Source: Clostridia bacterium
Lineage (GTDB): Bacteria > Bacillota > Clostridia > Oscillospirales > CAG-272
Reading direction: 5' to 3'
Assembly (NCBI GenBank): GCA_017463765.1
Contig: JAFTON010000098.1
Coordinates: 1 to 55,187 of the forward strand
DNA: 55,187 nt
Positions 26,534-36,439 of the stretch are shown in pieces (the stretch's first letter is position 1; every line of letters begins with the position of its first letter). The notes below the pieces were generated by a model, which made no database searches, was not told the origin of the DNA, and saw nothing but the letters and a program-made list of their open reading frames with translations. A program made the translations under genes and the position numbers.

Positions 26534-28051
26534 TTAGCTTTTCAGTTTTTCGCAAACATATTCTCTCCTTGCATTTATCGAAGCGAGGATAAATACCGTT
26601 ATCGAAAGAGCAAAAAGCATTTTCATTATTAACCAGAGTGGCGTTACTGTGCTGCCAAAGGAGACGAAAATATTATAGGAAAGAACTGCAGCAAGAAGAG
26701 ACGCAACGAGAGGAAGTACTAATGATTTCAGAGGTTTAATTACAAATCGAACCTTCTTTCTTAAACGAAGGAAGGAAAGTAGAAAATTATAACCTTCCAT
26801 TATTACTATAACAACGGCATAGCCCATTATTCCCATGCGTGGAATAAGAAACCAGACAAGAAGGACCGAAAGAAGCGAGTCCGATATATTTACCCACATT
26901 GAAAAAACCTGCTCTCCTATTCCCTTCAAAATAGAATCGGTGACGTGGTCAAGATACATTATTGGAACAACGAAGGCTAAGGTTGCTATGTAAAAGCCTG
27001 CATCATAGGAATCGTATACCACGTATCCAAGCTCCTCTGCAAAAACAAAAATAAACACTGCAGCAATCACTGCATAAGATAGCGTCAGATTTATCGCCTT
27101 CGAGGCTATGCGATTCATTCTATCTGTTTTCCCTGCCGACATATCCTCTGCAAACTCAGGAACGAGAAGTCCTGCAAAGGAGGAGAGTGGCGACATTGGA
27201 TATATTACCAGGGGCAATGCCATGCCGTGAAGTATACCATAATGAGCATATGCTTCTGCCCTGCTCTCACCACTCTCGCGCAGTTTTTTCGGAATAAGAA
27301 TGTGCTCGATATTCAGAAGAAGAGAACGAACGTAGGCTGAAAATGCCAGAGGAAGTGCAGTTTTTGACACCTCCGAAAGCTGTGGAGTTCTGTCAAATGA
27401 GTTAACTCTGTTTTTATGCCTATCATAGAAAAACTCAAGAAGAATAAGCAAAAAGCCCAAAGCCTCGGTTACAGTTATTCCGACACACAAACCTACAACT
27501 GCGCTGACGGTTCCATAAGGCAAGAAATAAGCAACCAGTGAAACGGTAAGTATTATTCTTACAATCTGGGAAAAGACCGAAACAGCTGCGTTGAAGGCTA
27601 CGCGCTTTACGCCTATAAAATAGCCTGAAAGAACAGAGCTTACGGCAGCCGGAACAAGTGAAAATGCAAGGATTCTAAGGGAATCTACGGTACGTTCATC
27701 AGAAAGCACCAGCCTGCCAAGCAGGTCGGCACCGAAAAAAAGACCGAGGGTTGCCACAACTCCAAAAAGCAAGGAATAAATGAATGCACCACGAAGCACC
27801 CTGCCAACCTCTTCCTCTCTGCCCTCACCTATAGCTGAGGCCACAAGTCTGGTTACGGTCAGACTGATTCCTGAGGTTGCGAAGGTCACGGCAAAGGAAT
27901 AAACCGTCATTACCAACGTATAGAGTCCGGTTCCCTCTGCTCCAACGGTACGCGAGATAAACGCACCGAAAAACATTGCAACCGTTTTCATCGCCAGTCC
28001 TACAAGTGTAAGAAGTATACCACTTTTAATAAACCTTTTTGCCTCGCTCAT
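26534..28051 (-). CDS. SpoVB-like MOP/MATE flippase (polysaccharide or peptidoglycan precursor export)
   Basis: About 12-14 hydrophobic segments, VGAEGTGLY, YGILHGMALP, ILKGIG; CATATAAT mother-cell-type -10 upstream. Confidence 0.8.
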   Translation of the reverse strand: MSEAKRFIKSGILLTLVGLAMKTVAMFFGAFISRTVGAEGTGLYTLVMTVYSFAVTFATSGISLTVTRLVASAIGEGREEEVGRVLRGAFIYSLLFGVVATLGLFFGADLLGRLVLSDERTVDSLRILAFSLVPAAVSSVLSGYFIGVKRVAFNAAVSVFSQIVRIILTVSLVAYFLPYGTVSAVVGLCVGITVTEALGFLLILLEFFYDRHKNRVNSFDRTPQLSEVSKTALPLAFSAYVRSLLLNIEHILIPKKLRESGESRAEAYAHYGILHGMALPLVIYPMSPLSSFAGLLVPEFAEDMSAGKTDRMNRIASKAINLTLSYAVIAAVFIFVFAEELGYVVYDSYDAGFYIATLAFVVPIMYLDHVTDSILKGIGEQVFSMWVNISDSLLSVLLVWFLIPRMGIMGYAVVIVIMEGYNFLLSFLRLRKKVRFVIKPLKSLVLPLVASLLAAVLSYNIFVSFGSTVTPLWLIMKMLFALSITVFILASINARREYVCEKLKS

Positions 28052-28146
28052 TTTATCCTCACAAAGTATTTTTCTGTATTTTTTTGCTGTACAATAATTA
28101 TATGAAAAGAAAATAATAAAAATATTAAAAAAATTTCAAAAAACAC

Positions 28147-28175
28147 TTGCTTTTTTCGAAGTTATGTGTTATAAT
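28147..28175 (+). promoter_or_regulatory. sigma-A promoter of rpmB
   Basis: TTGCTT-17 nt-TATAAT with TG extension. Confidence 0.7.
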
Positions 28176-28254
28176 TATCCTCGCTGATTTATGTAATCAA
28201 ATAATATTAATATAAAATTACGCTCGCAAGGGCGGGATTTTTGGAGGTGTCAAA

Positions 28255-28440
28255 ATGGCTAAATGCAGTATCTGCGGTAAGGGCGTTGTTTTCGGACATA
28301 ACGTGTCTCACTCCAACCGTAAGACCAACAGAACCTGGAAGCCCAATATCCGTAAGGTTAAGGCTGTAGTTAACGGAACCAATACTACCGTTTCCGTTTG
28401 CTCCCGTTGCCTTCGTTCCGGAAAGATCGAGCGCGCTTAA
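28255..28440 (+). CDS. rpmB: 50S ribosomal protein L28 (Cys-containing, zinc-ribbon type)
   Basis: AKCSICGK, GHNVSHSNRKTNRTWKPN, VCSRCLRSGK. Confidence 0.96.
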   Translation: MAKCSICGKGVVFGHNVSHSNRKTNRTWKPNIRKVKAVVNGTNTTVSVCSRCLRSGKIERA

Positions 28441-28447
28441 AGGATTT

Positions 28448-28478
28448 AAAAAACTCTGCTTGTAAGGCAGAGTTTTTT
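28448..28478 (+). terminator. rpmB terminator
   Basis: AAAAACTCTGC / GCAGAGTTTTTT. Confidence 0.8.
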
Positions 28479-28499
28479 AATTATTCTGACAAAAACAAA

Positions 28500-29210
28500 A
28501 TGAAAACATTAATTGTAGATAACAGGATTTCAGAAAAATGTGAGAGAGCCCTTATTAAAGAGGGACACTCCCTTATAAAGCTGCCGAAAGATCCCAGCTT
28601 AAGCGAGGCTGTGTCTGCCCATCCAGATACGGTTCTCTTTTATGCAAACGGTGAAATAATCACCACTGCAGACTACTGTGATGCAGCAGCCTACGTTTTC
28701 AGCGATATCAGGGAAATAAATCCAAAGATAAAAATCAGCTTTACCGACGACATACGCAGCGACAGATATCCTGATGAGTGCATTATGAATGCGCTGGTAA
28801 TCGGGCAAATGATATTCTGTAAAAGCGACAGCATATCCGATGGTATAGTTGATTATGCAAGACGAAACGGATATAAGATAATACACACAAATCAAGGCTA
28901 TCCTGCCTGCTCTGTTCTCGCTTTTGGCAATTGTGCTATTACTGCGGACCACGGTATTGCTGATATACTGCGAGAAAATGGCATCAGAGTGACCTTGATA
29001 AGTCAGGGTGGTATCTCCCTGCCCCCATACGAATACGGCTTTATCGGTGGTGCAAGTGGGGTTGTGGGGAGACGCGTTTACTTCTTCGGTGATATAGGAA
29101 AGCACCCCGACAGCGAGACGCTATGCCAAGCTATCATTTCTGAGGGCTTTATTCCCTTTTCCCTATCAGATGAGGAGCTACGTGACTTCGGTGGAATTAT
29201 CGCGCTTTAA
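28500..29210 (+). CDS. conserved clostridial protein, DUF6873 / amidinotransferase (GME)-fold-like
   Basis: HPD, YP..C..N, QGY..CS, ITAD.GI, GFIGGASG and D.GGI pattern; ATG 28500. Confidence 0.7.
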   Translation: MKTLIVDNRISEKCERALIKEGHSLIKLPKDPSLSEAVSAHPDTVLFYANGEIITTADYCDAAAYVFSDIREINPKIKISFTDDIRSDRYPDECIMNALVIGQMIFCKSDSISDGIVDYARRNGYKIIHTNQGYPACSVLAFGNCAITADHGIADILRENGIRVTLISQGGISLPPYEYGFIGGASGVVGRRVYFFGDIGKHPDSETLCQAIISEGFIPFSLSDEELRDFGGIIAL

Positions 29211-30224
29211 AAACGCCATGGTGCTCACGGCAATCACGGGCAGAATTATCATTCCTAAAAATCCAAACAGTGAAAAACCAATATATAGCATCATCAGCGT
29301 AACTATTGGGTGAAGATCAAGGCTTTTACCAACGATTTTCGGCTCTATGAGCTGTCTGATAACAGTGCTCACAGCAAAGAGTATTATCAAACCCACGCCA
29401 AGAAAAGCATTGCCTTCAATAAACGAAATCATGCTCCAGGGAATAAGCACTGTACCGACGCCTATTACAGGCAAAAGATCCAGTAGTGCAACCAGCATAG
29501 CGATCACGAACGCATGATCTACCCTGAGAATCCATAATCCTGTCAATATTACGGTATAGGTTATCAGCATTATTAAAGAATAGGATGAAATATATTTTTT
29601 TATTACCAGAAGAGTGGTGTTCTTCAGCCTGATAATCGTGGCAGTCAGCTTTTCCGGTAGGACAGAGGAAATAAAGCTTGCTATTTTATCGTAATCAAGA
29701 GCGAAATATACAAGAGAAATCAGGGTAACAAGAATAAAGAAGAGGAACCCGGGAAGCCCGGAGGCAAAGGTAGCTATCCATTCTGCAAGTCGCGACAGCC
29801 AATCCGAGACAAGCTCACCCACGGCAGAGCTGATTTTCGAAGCCAGGTCGGGGGAAAATAGTCCACTGAAAATCGGAACCTCCGATGAGAACAAACCAAA
29901 GAGCATACTGTATAGCCTGTTTCCTTCGTCCATATCGGCGAGAAAACGCCAGAGCGCAGTTGATACCCTCCATACAAGAAATGCAACGAGAGAAAAGAAA
30001 ATAAGCGTTGCTACAATAGACGTAATCAACCTTATCACCTTTTCGGGTACATTTATTTTAGCAGAAAGGATTCTGGCAGGTTTTACCGTAAGGGTGGCTA
30101 TTATTAATGCAATAATAAAGGGCAACAGAACCGGCAGGACATAGTCTATGAATGCGACGGTCAGGATCAGTGAGGAGAGTATTCCTACCGAAATAAGTGA
30201 AAAACGGCTTAGCTTCTCTTTCAT
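29178..30224 (-). CDS. ytvI: sporulation integral membrane protein YtvI (AI-2E family)
   Basis: LLPFIIA, LDLLPVIGVGTVLIPW, RQLIEPKIVGKSLDLHP. Confidence 0.85.
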   Translation of the reverse strand: MKEKLSRFSLISVGILSSLILTVAFIDYVLPVLLPFIIALIIATLTVKPARILSAKINVPEKVIRLITSIVATLIFFSLVAFLVWRVSTALWRFLADMDEGNRLYSMLFGLFSSEVPIFSGLFSPDLASKISSAVGELVSDWLSRLAEWIATFASGLPGFLFFILVTLISLVYFALDYDKIASFISSVLPEKLTATIIRLKNTTLLVIKKYISSYSLIMLITYTVILTGLWILRVDHAFVIAMLVALLDLLPVIGVGTVLIPWSMISFIEGNAFLGVGLIILFAVSTVIRQLIEPKIVGKSLDLHPIVTLMMLYIGFSLFGFLGMIILPVIAVSTMAFLKRDNSTEVT

Positions 30225-30305
30225 CTCAGCTCCACAAAGGTTATTTAAGATTATTATATCTACAAATAAATAAAATAATTACGAAAATAAGGAGAAAAGA
30301 AAAAA

Positions 30306-30776
30306 ATGGTAGTAATTGAAATGGAAAACGGTGGTAAAATCGAGCTTGAGCTCTACCCTGAGGCTGCACCTAAGACGGTGGCAAATTTCCTTAAGCTTGT
30401 AGGCGAAGGCTTTTACGACGGACTTATCTTCCACAGAGTAATTCCCGGCTTTATGATTCAGGGTGGCGATCCTCAGGGCACAGGTATGGGTGGCGCAAAG
30501 GAAAATATTGTGGGCGAGTTTAAGGCTAACGGCTTTGATAATCCTATAAAGCATGTTCGTGGCGTTATCTCCATGGCAAGAGCATACAATCCTAACTCTG
30601 CATCCTCTCAGTTCTTTATCATGCATGCAAATGCACCCCATCTTGACGGTCAGTATGCAGCCTTTGGTAAGGTTGTAAGCGGAATGGAGGTTGTCGATGA
30701 AATTGCATCTATCCCCACCGATTACAGCGACAGACCTAAGATTGCTATGAGAATGAAAAAGGTTTACGTTAAGTAA
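30306..30776 (+). CDS. cyclophilin-type peptidyl-prolyl cis-trans isomerase
   Basis: APKTVANF, FHRVIPGFMIQGGDP, ISMARA, SQFFI, LDGQYAAFGKV. Confidence 0.95.
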   Translation: MVVIEMENGGKIELELYPEAAPKTVANFLKLVGEGFYDGLIFHRVIPGFMIQGGDPQGTGMGGAKENIVGEFKANGFDNPIKHVRGVISMARAYNPNSASSQFFIMHANAPHLDGQYAAFGKVVSGMEVVDEIASIPTDYSDRPKIAMRMKKVYVK

Positions 30777-30802
30777 ATTATCTTTAGCTTTTTATAAATA
30801 TT

Positions 30803-30836
30803 AACGGCAGAAGCGAAGAGCCTCTGCCGTTTTTTT
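30803..30836. terminator. terminator between convergent genes
   Basis: AACGGCAGA / TCTGCCGTT followed by T-run. Confidence 0.75.
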
Positions 30837-30857
30837 CATGCATTTATGTATAACTAA

Positions 30858-32426
30858 TTACTTTTTAAAAATACCGTTGAAGATTTCCTCAAGTCTTCTG
30901 AGGAAGAGGAGGATTGCCTTAGCAATCTTCTGAATAAGAGTCATCTCCTTTACAGGCTCATCATCACCGTTATCACCATCTGCAGGTCCGTCGATAATTC
31001 CATCACCACCCTGGTTGCCGTTGCCACCACTTACGGAGTGCCATGCGTTGTTATCATCAGCACTGCCCTCGTTGTAAAGGCACTCGTGACCGTTGCTGAG
31101 ATATACCTTGCCGTCGGTAGGAATGATAAGGTCGGGAGTCTGCTTAAGAGTGTCTACCTGCCAATCGCCACCGTTGGTGAAGAGGATACCCCAATAGCCA
31201 GCAGGAACGGTTGCGTAGTAGTAGCCGTCCTCACCCTGCTCCATAGGAGTACCGGGGAAAGCAAACGCCTCAGTACCGTCAACGTTCCAATAATAGATCC
31301 ATACCTCACCCCAGCCTGCATCATCCTTAACGTAAACAGTTACGTCCTCGGTGGTATCTTCGGGAGGAATGGGAGGAACATAGTCCTTAATATCGCCCCA
31401 CTGAGAAGTTCCGTTATCGTAAATCGCACCGTCCCCGGGAATTACAAGGTCTGCGCTCTGGGTGCCGTTACCGTCGTTGAATACTACAGAATCGCATACG
31501 GAAGGAAGCTCGATAAAGTAAAGAAGCTTTTCGTCATCCCATTCCATTTCAAGACCGGGCCATGTTGTATAAGCAACGTCATTGCTGCCACCCTCAACCC
31601 ATGCGTGTACGAAAACGGTGTTCCAATATGCGCTGTCGCCAACGTAGATGGTTATCTTATCACAGTTCTCAAAGTCTACGGTAGGAGCAGAAGGAAGATT
31701 GGGGTCTGCGCCTGTAGATGCAGAAAGGACATGTCCGACCGTACCTGTTGCAGGATCAAAGGTAATAGTAACGTTCTGCTCCTCGGTAAGAGAGAATGAA
31801 TAATTACCGAACTCGCCGTTACCCTGAGTACCCCAGGACTGATTCCAGCTGTGATCAAGAGCAACCTTACACTCATAATCGCCTGCAGGAATACCTGTAA
31901 AGGTCTTTTCATAAAGGCCGGTTTCTGAATTGAGAGTCATATCATTGTATGTATTGGAAACATCCCACTCAGAACCGCAGAGACCTGCAACACCTGCAAC
32001 AGTGTAGGTGCCCTGAGAGCTACCCTGATTTCCACCGTTAGGATCGCTCTTCCAATGGCCGTTACCACTTGCCGTATCGATTATATAGGTATCACCGGCA
32101 ACAAGAGTAAGGTCACCCGACTGAGCAATCTTATAGTCCCAACTATAATCCGAACCCTGAGGAAAGGCAACAAATATGATATTCGAAATACCGGCAGGCA
32201 GAGTGCATTCGTAGATGCCGTCGCCATCAGAATCTGTCATATCAAACCATTGTTCCCCACCGTCCCAGGTATAAATAGCAAATGAGGTATTCTCGGTGCT
32301 CCATTTGCCTGGATCAAGATATACTTTTGATCCCTCTGCAGCATGTGCAGTGAGCGTAACCATGCTTACAAGCAAGGTCATTACAACCAGCAATGCAAGC
32401 AAGAACTTACGAGTATTGTTTTTCAT
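30858..32426 (-). CDS. secreted non-catalytic multi-module starch-binding-type protein A (CBM26-like x3 plus X25-like), C-terminal amphipathic helix
   Basis: Signal peptide ending AHA; modules W..V..HAW...WPG..M, YTVAGVAGLCGSEWD..N.MT..G.YEK.F..IPAGDYECKV...W..SWG; no GH13 motifs seen. Confidence 0.75.
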   Translation of the reverse strand: MKNNTRKFLLALLVVMTLLVSMVTLTAHAAEGSKVYLDPGKWSTENTSFAIYTWDGGEQWFDMTDSDGDGIYECTLPAGISNIIFVAFPQGSDYSWDYKIAQSGDLTLVAGDTYIIDTASGNGHWKSDPNGGNQGSSQGTYTVAGVAGLCGSEWDVSNTYNDMTLNSETGLYEKTFTGIPAGDYECKVALDHSWNQSWGTQGNGEFGNYSFSLTEEQNVTITFDPATGTVGHVLSASTGADPNLPSAPTVDFENCDKITIYVGDSAYWNTVFVHAWVEGGSNDVAYTTWPGLEMEWDDEKLLYFIELPSVCDSVVFNDGNGTQSADLVIPGDGAIYDNGTSQWGDIKDYVPPIPPEDTTEDVTVYVKDDAGWGEVWIYYWNVDGTEAFAFPGTPMEQGEDGYYYATVPAGYWGILFTNGGDWQVDTLKQTPDLIIPTDGKVYLSNGHECLYNEGSADDNNAWHSVSGGNGNQGGDGIIDGPADGDNGDDEPVKEMTLIQKIAKAILLFLRRLEEIFNGIFKK

Positions 32427-32468
32427 AATATTTTCCTTTCTTTTATGTATTTATAAATACTCTTATAC

Positions 32469-32539
32469 ATTATATCACAGCAAAAAAAATATTACAATAT
32501 ACTTTTAAAGAAATAAGTATTTTTGTTAAAGTTGAACAA
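32469..32539 (-). promoter_or_regulatory. promoter TTGTAA-17-TGnTATAAT plus upstream 17-bp box (copy 1)
   Basis: -10 at 32474-32469, -35 at 32497-32492, box TTGTTAAAGTTGAACAA at 32523-32539. Confidence 0.75.
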
Positions 32540-32558
32540 AATAATTTTTAATTTTTAT

Positions 32559-32591
32559 AAAAAAAGCCCTTGCGTCATATGACGCAAGGGC
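32559..32591 (-). terminator. intrinsic terminator of protein B gene
   Basis: Perfect palindrome GCCCTTGCGTCATATGACGCAAGGGC followed by T7 on the minus strand. Confidence 0.82.
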
Positions 32592-32627
32592 CAAAAATGT
32601 TAGTTTACTTTTTATTAATTAAGATTA

Positions 32628-35600
32628 TTATTTCTTAACGAAAAAGTTCTTGAAGAAATCAGCAATCTTAGCGAAGAACTCGGTAATAGCCTTAATAATC
32701 TTCTGAATAAGAGTGAGCTCGGGCTCTACAGGATTCTCATCTACAGGAGGAACGTAGTTAGGATCTTCCTCACCACACTCGCACTTGCCCTCAACGAACT
32801 CATGCTCGTGAGCAGGCTTTTCGGAACGGGTGATAGTGTAGGTGTACTCGCCAACCTCGCAGATATAGTTACCTGCAGCATCTATGCCATCATATCTGAA
32901 GCCAACAAGATATGTACCTGCAACAAGCTCTACCTCGATAGAATCGGTAATAGCGCCTGTGAGATTGTCAACATTCCATACGAAGGGAGCTGTATCGGGA
33001 ACTGTTGCCTGATTGGGATAATCGGGCCAGATGAAGAATGTAAGAGGAGAAAGACCGGAGAATGTATAAATGCCATCCTCTTCAACGGTGAGGTAAAGCC
33101 ACTCATAACCCTTATCCTTAAGAGCCTGATTAAGAACGTACTTGTTCTCGCCAACAACGATAGTGTTAACTGCGGGAAGCTCTACGTCGTCGCCAAGCTT
33201 CTCAGCCTTAACGGTGAACTCACCGGTAACGCCTTCCTTACCTACGCATACGTAGTAGGTGCCTGCAGTAAGCTCAGCAGTACCAGTCCACTTGCAAAGG
33301 CAAGCGTCAGCGGAAGCAAGGTTCATCTCGGAGTAAATGTAGCAGTTGAGATCTGCAGAAGAAACGGTGTAGATACCGTCCTCAGCAACTACGAACTCAA
33401 GCCAAGCGATTGCACTGCCGGTAAGGTTAACAACAGAACCGTCGATAGTAACGGTGTTATCACCAAGCTGGAGTGCGGGAAGCTCGGGCTCCTCAACGTC
33501 GCCACCGCCGATAGCGGTCTTCTCAACGTTAACGGTTGCAACACCTGCGGTTGCGGGGCCGGCAGTAAATGCTACGCATACGTAGTAGGTGCCAGCATCA
33601 AGCTCGGTTCCGGTAACTGCCGCGTATGCGGAGTCGTAAACGAGAGCAAGGATGCCCTCACCGGTGAAGGTGTAGTTAGCCTTCTCGGTTACCTCGAAGG
33701 GAGCCCATACGATGTAATAGCCATAATCGTTGGAAAGTGCATCGGTGATAAGAAGCTTGTTAGCACCGATTACAAGAGTGTTAACCCAAGCGGACTTTGT
33801 AACAGCAACGTTGAACTCGCCAACTGCACCGTTACCAACGCAGATGAGGTAGTTGCCTGCCTCAAGGTTAGCCTTACCTGTGCCGCCGCAAAGGAGAGCT
33901 GTGCCGTCTGCAGAGAAGATCATTGCAAGAGCACCGTTGTCGCCTACGAAGCTATAGAAAGCGTTCTCGTCTGCAACGAAGGGAACCCACTCGATAGGAA
34001 GGTTGTAAGCGTTTACAAAGTTACCGCTAACAACGATCTTGTTGGTATCGCCAACTACGAGAGTATTAACGTGAGGAGGAACGTAATTAGGATCCTCTGC
34101 ACCACACTCGCACTTACCGTTAACGAAGTTGTGCTCGTGAGCGGGAGCATCCTGAGTAAGAGCAACCTTGTAGAAATAGTTGGTTCCACCCTTGTGGCCA
34201 AGATAATATGTACCTGCTGCTTCAATTTCGAAGGTAGTGATGTAAAGTCCATCCTTTACGGAGTCGGTGCTAGAACTATGAATAGCAGTAATAGCAGAAC
34301 CGTCAAATGTATAAATCTCTATATTTCTACCATCGGAACCGCACTTCCACCAAACTGTAATGGTAGCAGGACCATTGGTAGTGAACATAATGCTTCGAGA
34401 TACATCTCCACTTTCAACCTTTGTATTACCATTGAAGGAAAGACGAAGTTCGGATTCATAACCATCCTCAAATGTTGCTTTGGAGCTCTGAGTCTTACCC
34501 TTATCACCAAAGATAAGAGTGAAGAATTCATTAGAACCTACCTTAAGAGTATCGCCCTTAGAAACATCGCCCTCGTTTATAGTAGGAAGATCCTTACTTT
34601 CAAATACATTGGTAATCTTGTCGGAAACGTCAGGAGCTACGTAGTCAGGATCTTCCTCACCACATACGGAGCACTTACCTTCTGCGAAGGAGTGAGCGCC
34701 TGCTACCTTAACGTTCATCAGGTTAGTAAGCTGAGTCTGAGCCTCGTCAGTCCAAGCAGTACCACAGTAAGAGCAGTACCAGTATTCAACGTTACCGTCA
34801 TAGGACTGGCAATCGGTACCAGCCTTAGCCTCTACGTGTACTACGTCGTGCTTTGCATCGGGATTGGAAACCTCGTAGCACTCCTGACAAACAGGATCAC
34901 AGGGATAGAAGTAGCTATGTACGTGAGGAGGATCAGAGATGGTGAATGTGATCTTCTCTGTTGTGCTGTCGAAAGCAATTGTAAGCATTTTTCCTGCGGG
35001 AACCTCAACCCATGCATTATCGTCGGTCTGACCTGCAGCTGCACCACCCCAGCACTTAGTCCAGCCAAGATCAAGGCAAACCTTGAGGTTGGGCCAGATT
35101 GTTGCATCACCCTTGTTTACGTAAGAAATAGTCCAAAGACCGGTTTCCTTGTCGTATGTCATCTTGTTAGCAGTATTAGTGGGATCCCATGTTGTTCCAA
35201 AGAGATCAGCATTATCGCCTGCTATGGTGTAAACGGGAGCAAATCCACATACAGAGCACTTGGAGCCATCGTCGAACTTGTGGCCAAGAGCCTCGCCCTG
35301 AGACTGACCACACTTAGAGCATATCTGAGGCTTGTCGCAGGTTGCATCGGACCAATCGTGCTCGCACTCTACAACAGGAAGCTCAACATTAACGCTTACG
35401 GTAGTGCCTTTAAGTGTAATGGTTACAGTGCTACCTGCATCAGCAACAGTGTAAAGCTTATCAGCAGAGGGATATGCAGTACCCCAAGCGTGATCGCGAA
35501 CAACCTTAAACGCATAAGAGCCTGCTGAAACCTTTTCATATACCTTAGTATAGGTACCGGTTTCTGCATCATAGGTCATATCGTTTGCGGTGTTACCGGT

Positions 35601-36206
35601 ATCCCACTCGGTACCAAGATGTGCACCCGAGCCAGCTACGGTGAAGGTAGCCTGCACGTTACATCTGGTGCAGAGGTGATCGGAATTGAAGGAGTGACCA
35701 AGAGCGGAAACTACGGGGTCACCACAATCAAGACAGGTCTGAGCTGTAGTACAGGTTGCTTCAGCACTGAGATTGGTGTGAAGGCAGGTAGAACCGTAGG
35801 TAGACCAGGTTCCTCCACCACTGTCCCAGGTACCTTCCTTAACGGTGAAATGATTTGCACCGGAGGTAGGGATGGTAAGGTCTGCGGTCTGGTTCCACTT
35901 GTTATTCCAGTTGTTAGCTGCTGCAGAGGGATTCATTCTGCAGAAGATAACGTTAGGATATACCTTATCGGTAGGAACCTTAACCTCATATACGCCGTCG
36001 CCGTCAGCGTCAGTCATACTAACCCAGGTTTCGCCGTTGCCGAAGAAGTAAGCCGCGAAACGAGCATTGCTCTGCTTCCAATTCGCATTGGGAGTGAGAT
36101 AAAGTGTCTCGGGCTGGCTTGCAGCACTTGCAAAGAGGGTTGCAACGCTCATCATCATTGCAAGAACAATAACGAGAGCAACAAGAATTTTGCGTGTGTT
36201 TCTCAT
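32628..36206 (-). CDS. large secreted modular protein B (CBM26-like, two X25-like, Cys/His spacers, four unknown beta repeats), C-terminal amphipathic helix
   Basis: Signal peptide ending ASA; LYLTPNANW..ARFAAY..W..MTD.DGDGVY..IFCRMNP..WNQT module; biased codon usage consistent with high expression. Confidence 0.75.
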   Translation of the reverse strand: MRNTRKILVALVIVLAMMMSVATLFASAASQPETLYLTPNANWKQSNARFAAYFFGNGETWVSMTDADGDGVYEVKVPTDKVYPNVIFCRMNPSAAANNWNNKWNQTADLTIPTSGANHFTVKEGTWDSGGGTWSTYGSTCLHTNLSAEATCTTAQTCLDCGDPVVSALGHSFNSDHLCTRCNVQATFTVAGSGAHLGTEWDTGNTANDMTYDAETGTYTKVYEKVSAGSYAFKVVRDHAWGTAYPSADKLYTVADAGSTVTITLKGTTVSVNVELPVVECEHDWSDATCDKPQICSKCGQSQGEALGHKFDDGSKCSVCGFAPVYTIAGDNADLFGTTWDPTNTANKMTYDKETGLWTISYVNKGDATIWPNLKVCLDLGWTKCWGGAAAGQTDDNAWVEVPAGKMLTIAFDSTTEKITFTISDPPHVHSYFYPCDPVCQECYEVSNPDAKHDVVHVEAKAGTDCQSYDGNVEYWYCSYCGTAWTDEAQTQLTNLMNVKVAGAHSFAEGKCSVCGEEDPDYVAPDVSDKITNVFESKDLPTINEGDVSKGDTLKVGSNEFFTLIFGDKGKTQSSKATFEDGYESELRLSFNGNTKVESGDVSRSIMFTTNGPATITVWWKCGSDGRNIEIYTFDGSAITAIHSSSTDSVKDGLYITTFEIEAAGTYYLGHKGGTNYFYKVALTQDAPAHEHNFVNGKCECGAEDPNYVPPHVNTLVVGDTNKIVVSGNFVNAYNLPIEWVPFVADENAFYSFVGDNGALAMIFSADGTALLCGGTGKANLEAGNYLICVGNGAVGEFNVAVTKSAWVNTLVIGANKLLITDALSNDYGYYIVWAPFEVTEKANYTFTGEGILALVYDSAYAAVTGTELDAGTYYVCVAFTAGPATAGVATVNVEKTAIGGGDVEEPELPALQLGDNTVTIDGSVVNLTGSAIAWLEFVVAEDGIYTVSSADLNCYIYSEMNLASADACLCKWTGTAELTAGTYYVCVGKEGVTGEFTVKAEKLGDDVELPAVNTIVVGENKYVLNQALKDKGYEWLYLTVEEDGIYTFSGLSPLTFFIWPDYPNQATVPDTAPFVWNVDNLTGAITDSIEVELVAGTYLVGFRYDGIDAAGNYICEVGEYTYTITRSEKPAHEHEFVEGKCECGEEDPNYVPPVDENPVEPELTLIQKIIKAITEFFAKIADFFKNFFVKK

Positions 36207-36248
36207 AAATATTTCCTTTCTTTATTTTATTTTGTTCACGCTATTGTA

Positions 36249-36319
36249 ATTATAGCATAATTATTTATTATTTACAATATATTTTTTGTAAATGTTTGTT
36301 TTTTGTAAGAAATGCACAA
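36249..36319 (-). promoter_or_regulatory. promoter TTGTAA-17-TGnTATAAT plus upstream 17-bp box (copy 2)
   Basis: -10 at 36254-36249, -35 at 36277-36272, box TTGTAAGAAATGCACAA at 36303-36319. Confidence 0.75.
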
Positions 36320-36396
36320 TAAATTTTGAGTTTTTAGCTTTGTAGGGGTTAGAAGTTGGTTAAAATGTGAAATATGTTCATATTTTATTTATAAAC

Positions 36397-36429
36397 AAAA
36401 ATCCCCTGCACCCATAGGAGTGCAAGGGA
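36397..36429 (-). terminator. intrinsic terminator of protein C gene
   Basis: TCCCTTGCAC...GTGCAGGGGA stem followed by T-run on the minus strand. Confidence 0.7.
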
Positions 36430-36439
36430 CTCGAAAATA

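Noticed and set aside
29178-29210. 33-nt convergent overlap of the DUF6873-like gene and ytvI (also the 8-nt glmM/phosphoesterase overlap)
   Set aside because: Short 3' overlaps are common in compact genomes and there is no further sign of function.
32523-32539. Rex or CcpA assignment for the 17-bp box
   Set aside because: Rex sites are 18 bp (TTGTGAA-N4-TTCACAA) and cre sites have a different core; all three copies here are 17 bp, so the box is left unassigned.
32802-35528. 908-aa plus-strand ORF
   Set aside because: It is the antisense shadow of protein B. Strong codon bias on the coding strand removes stops in the mirror frame, and it has no RBS or recognisable motifs.
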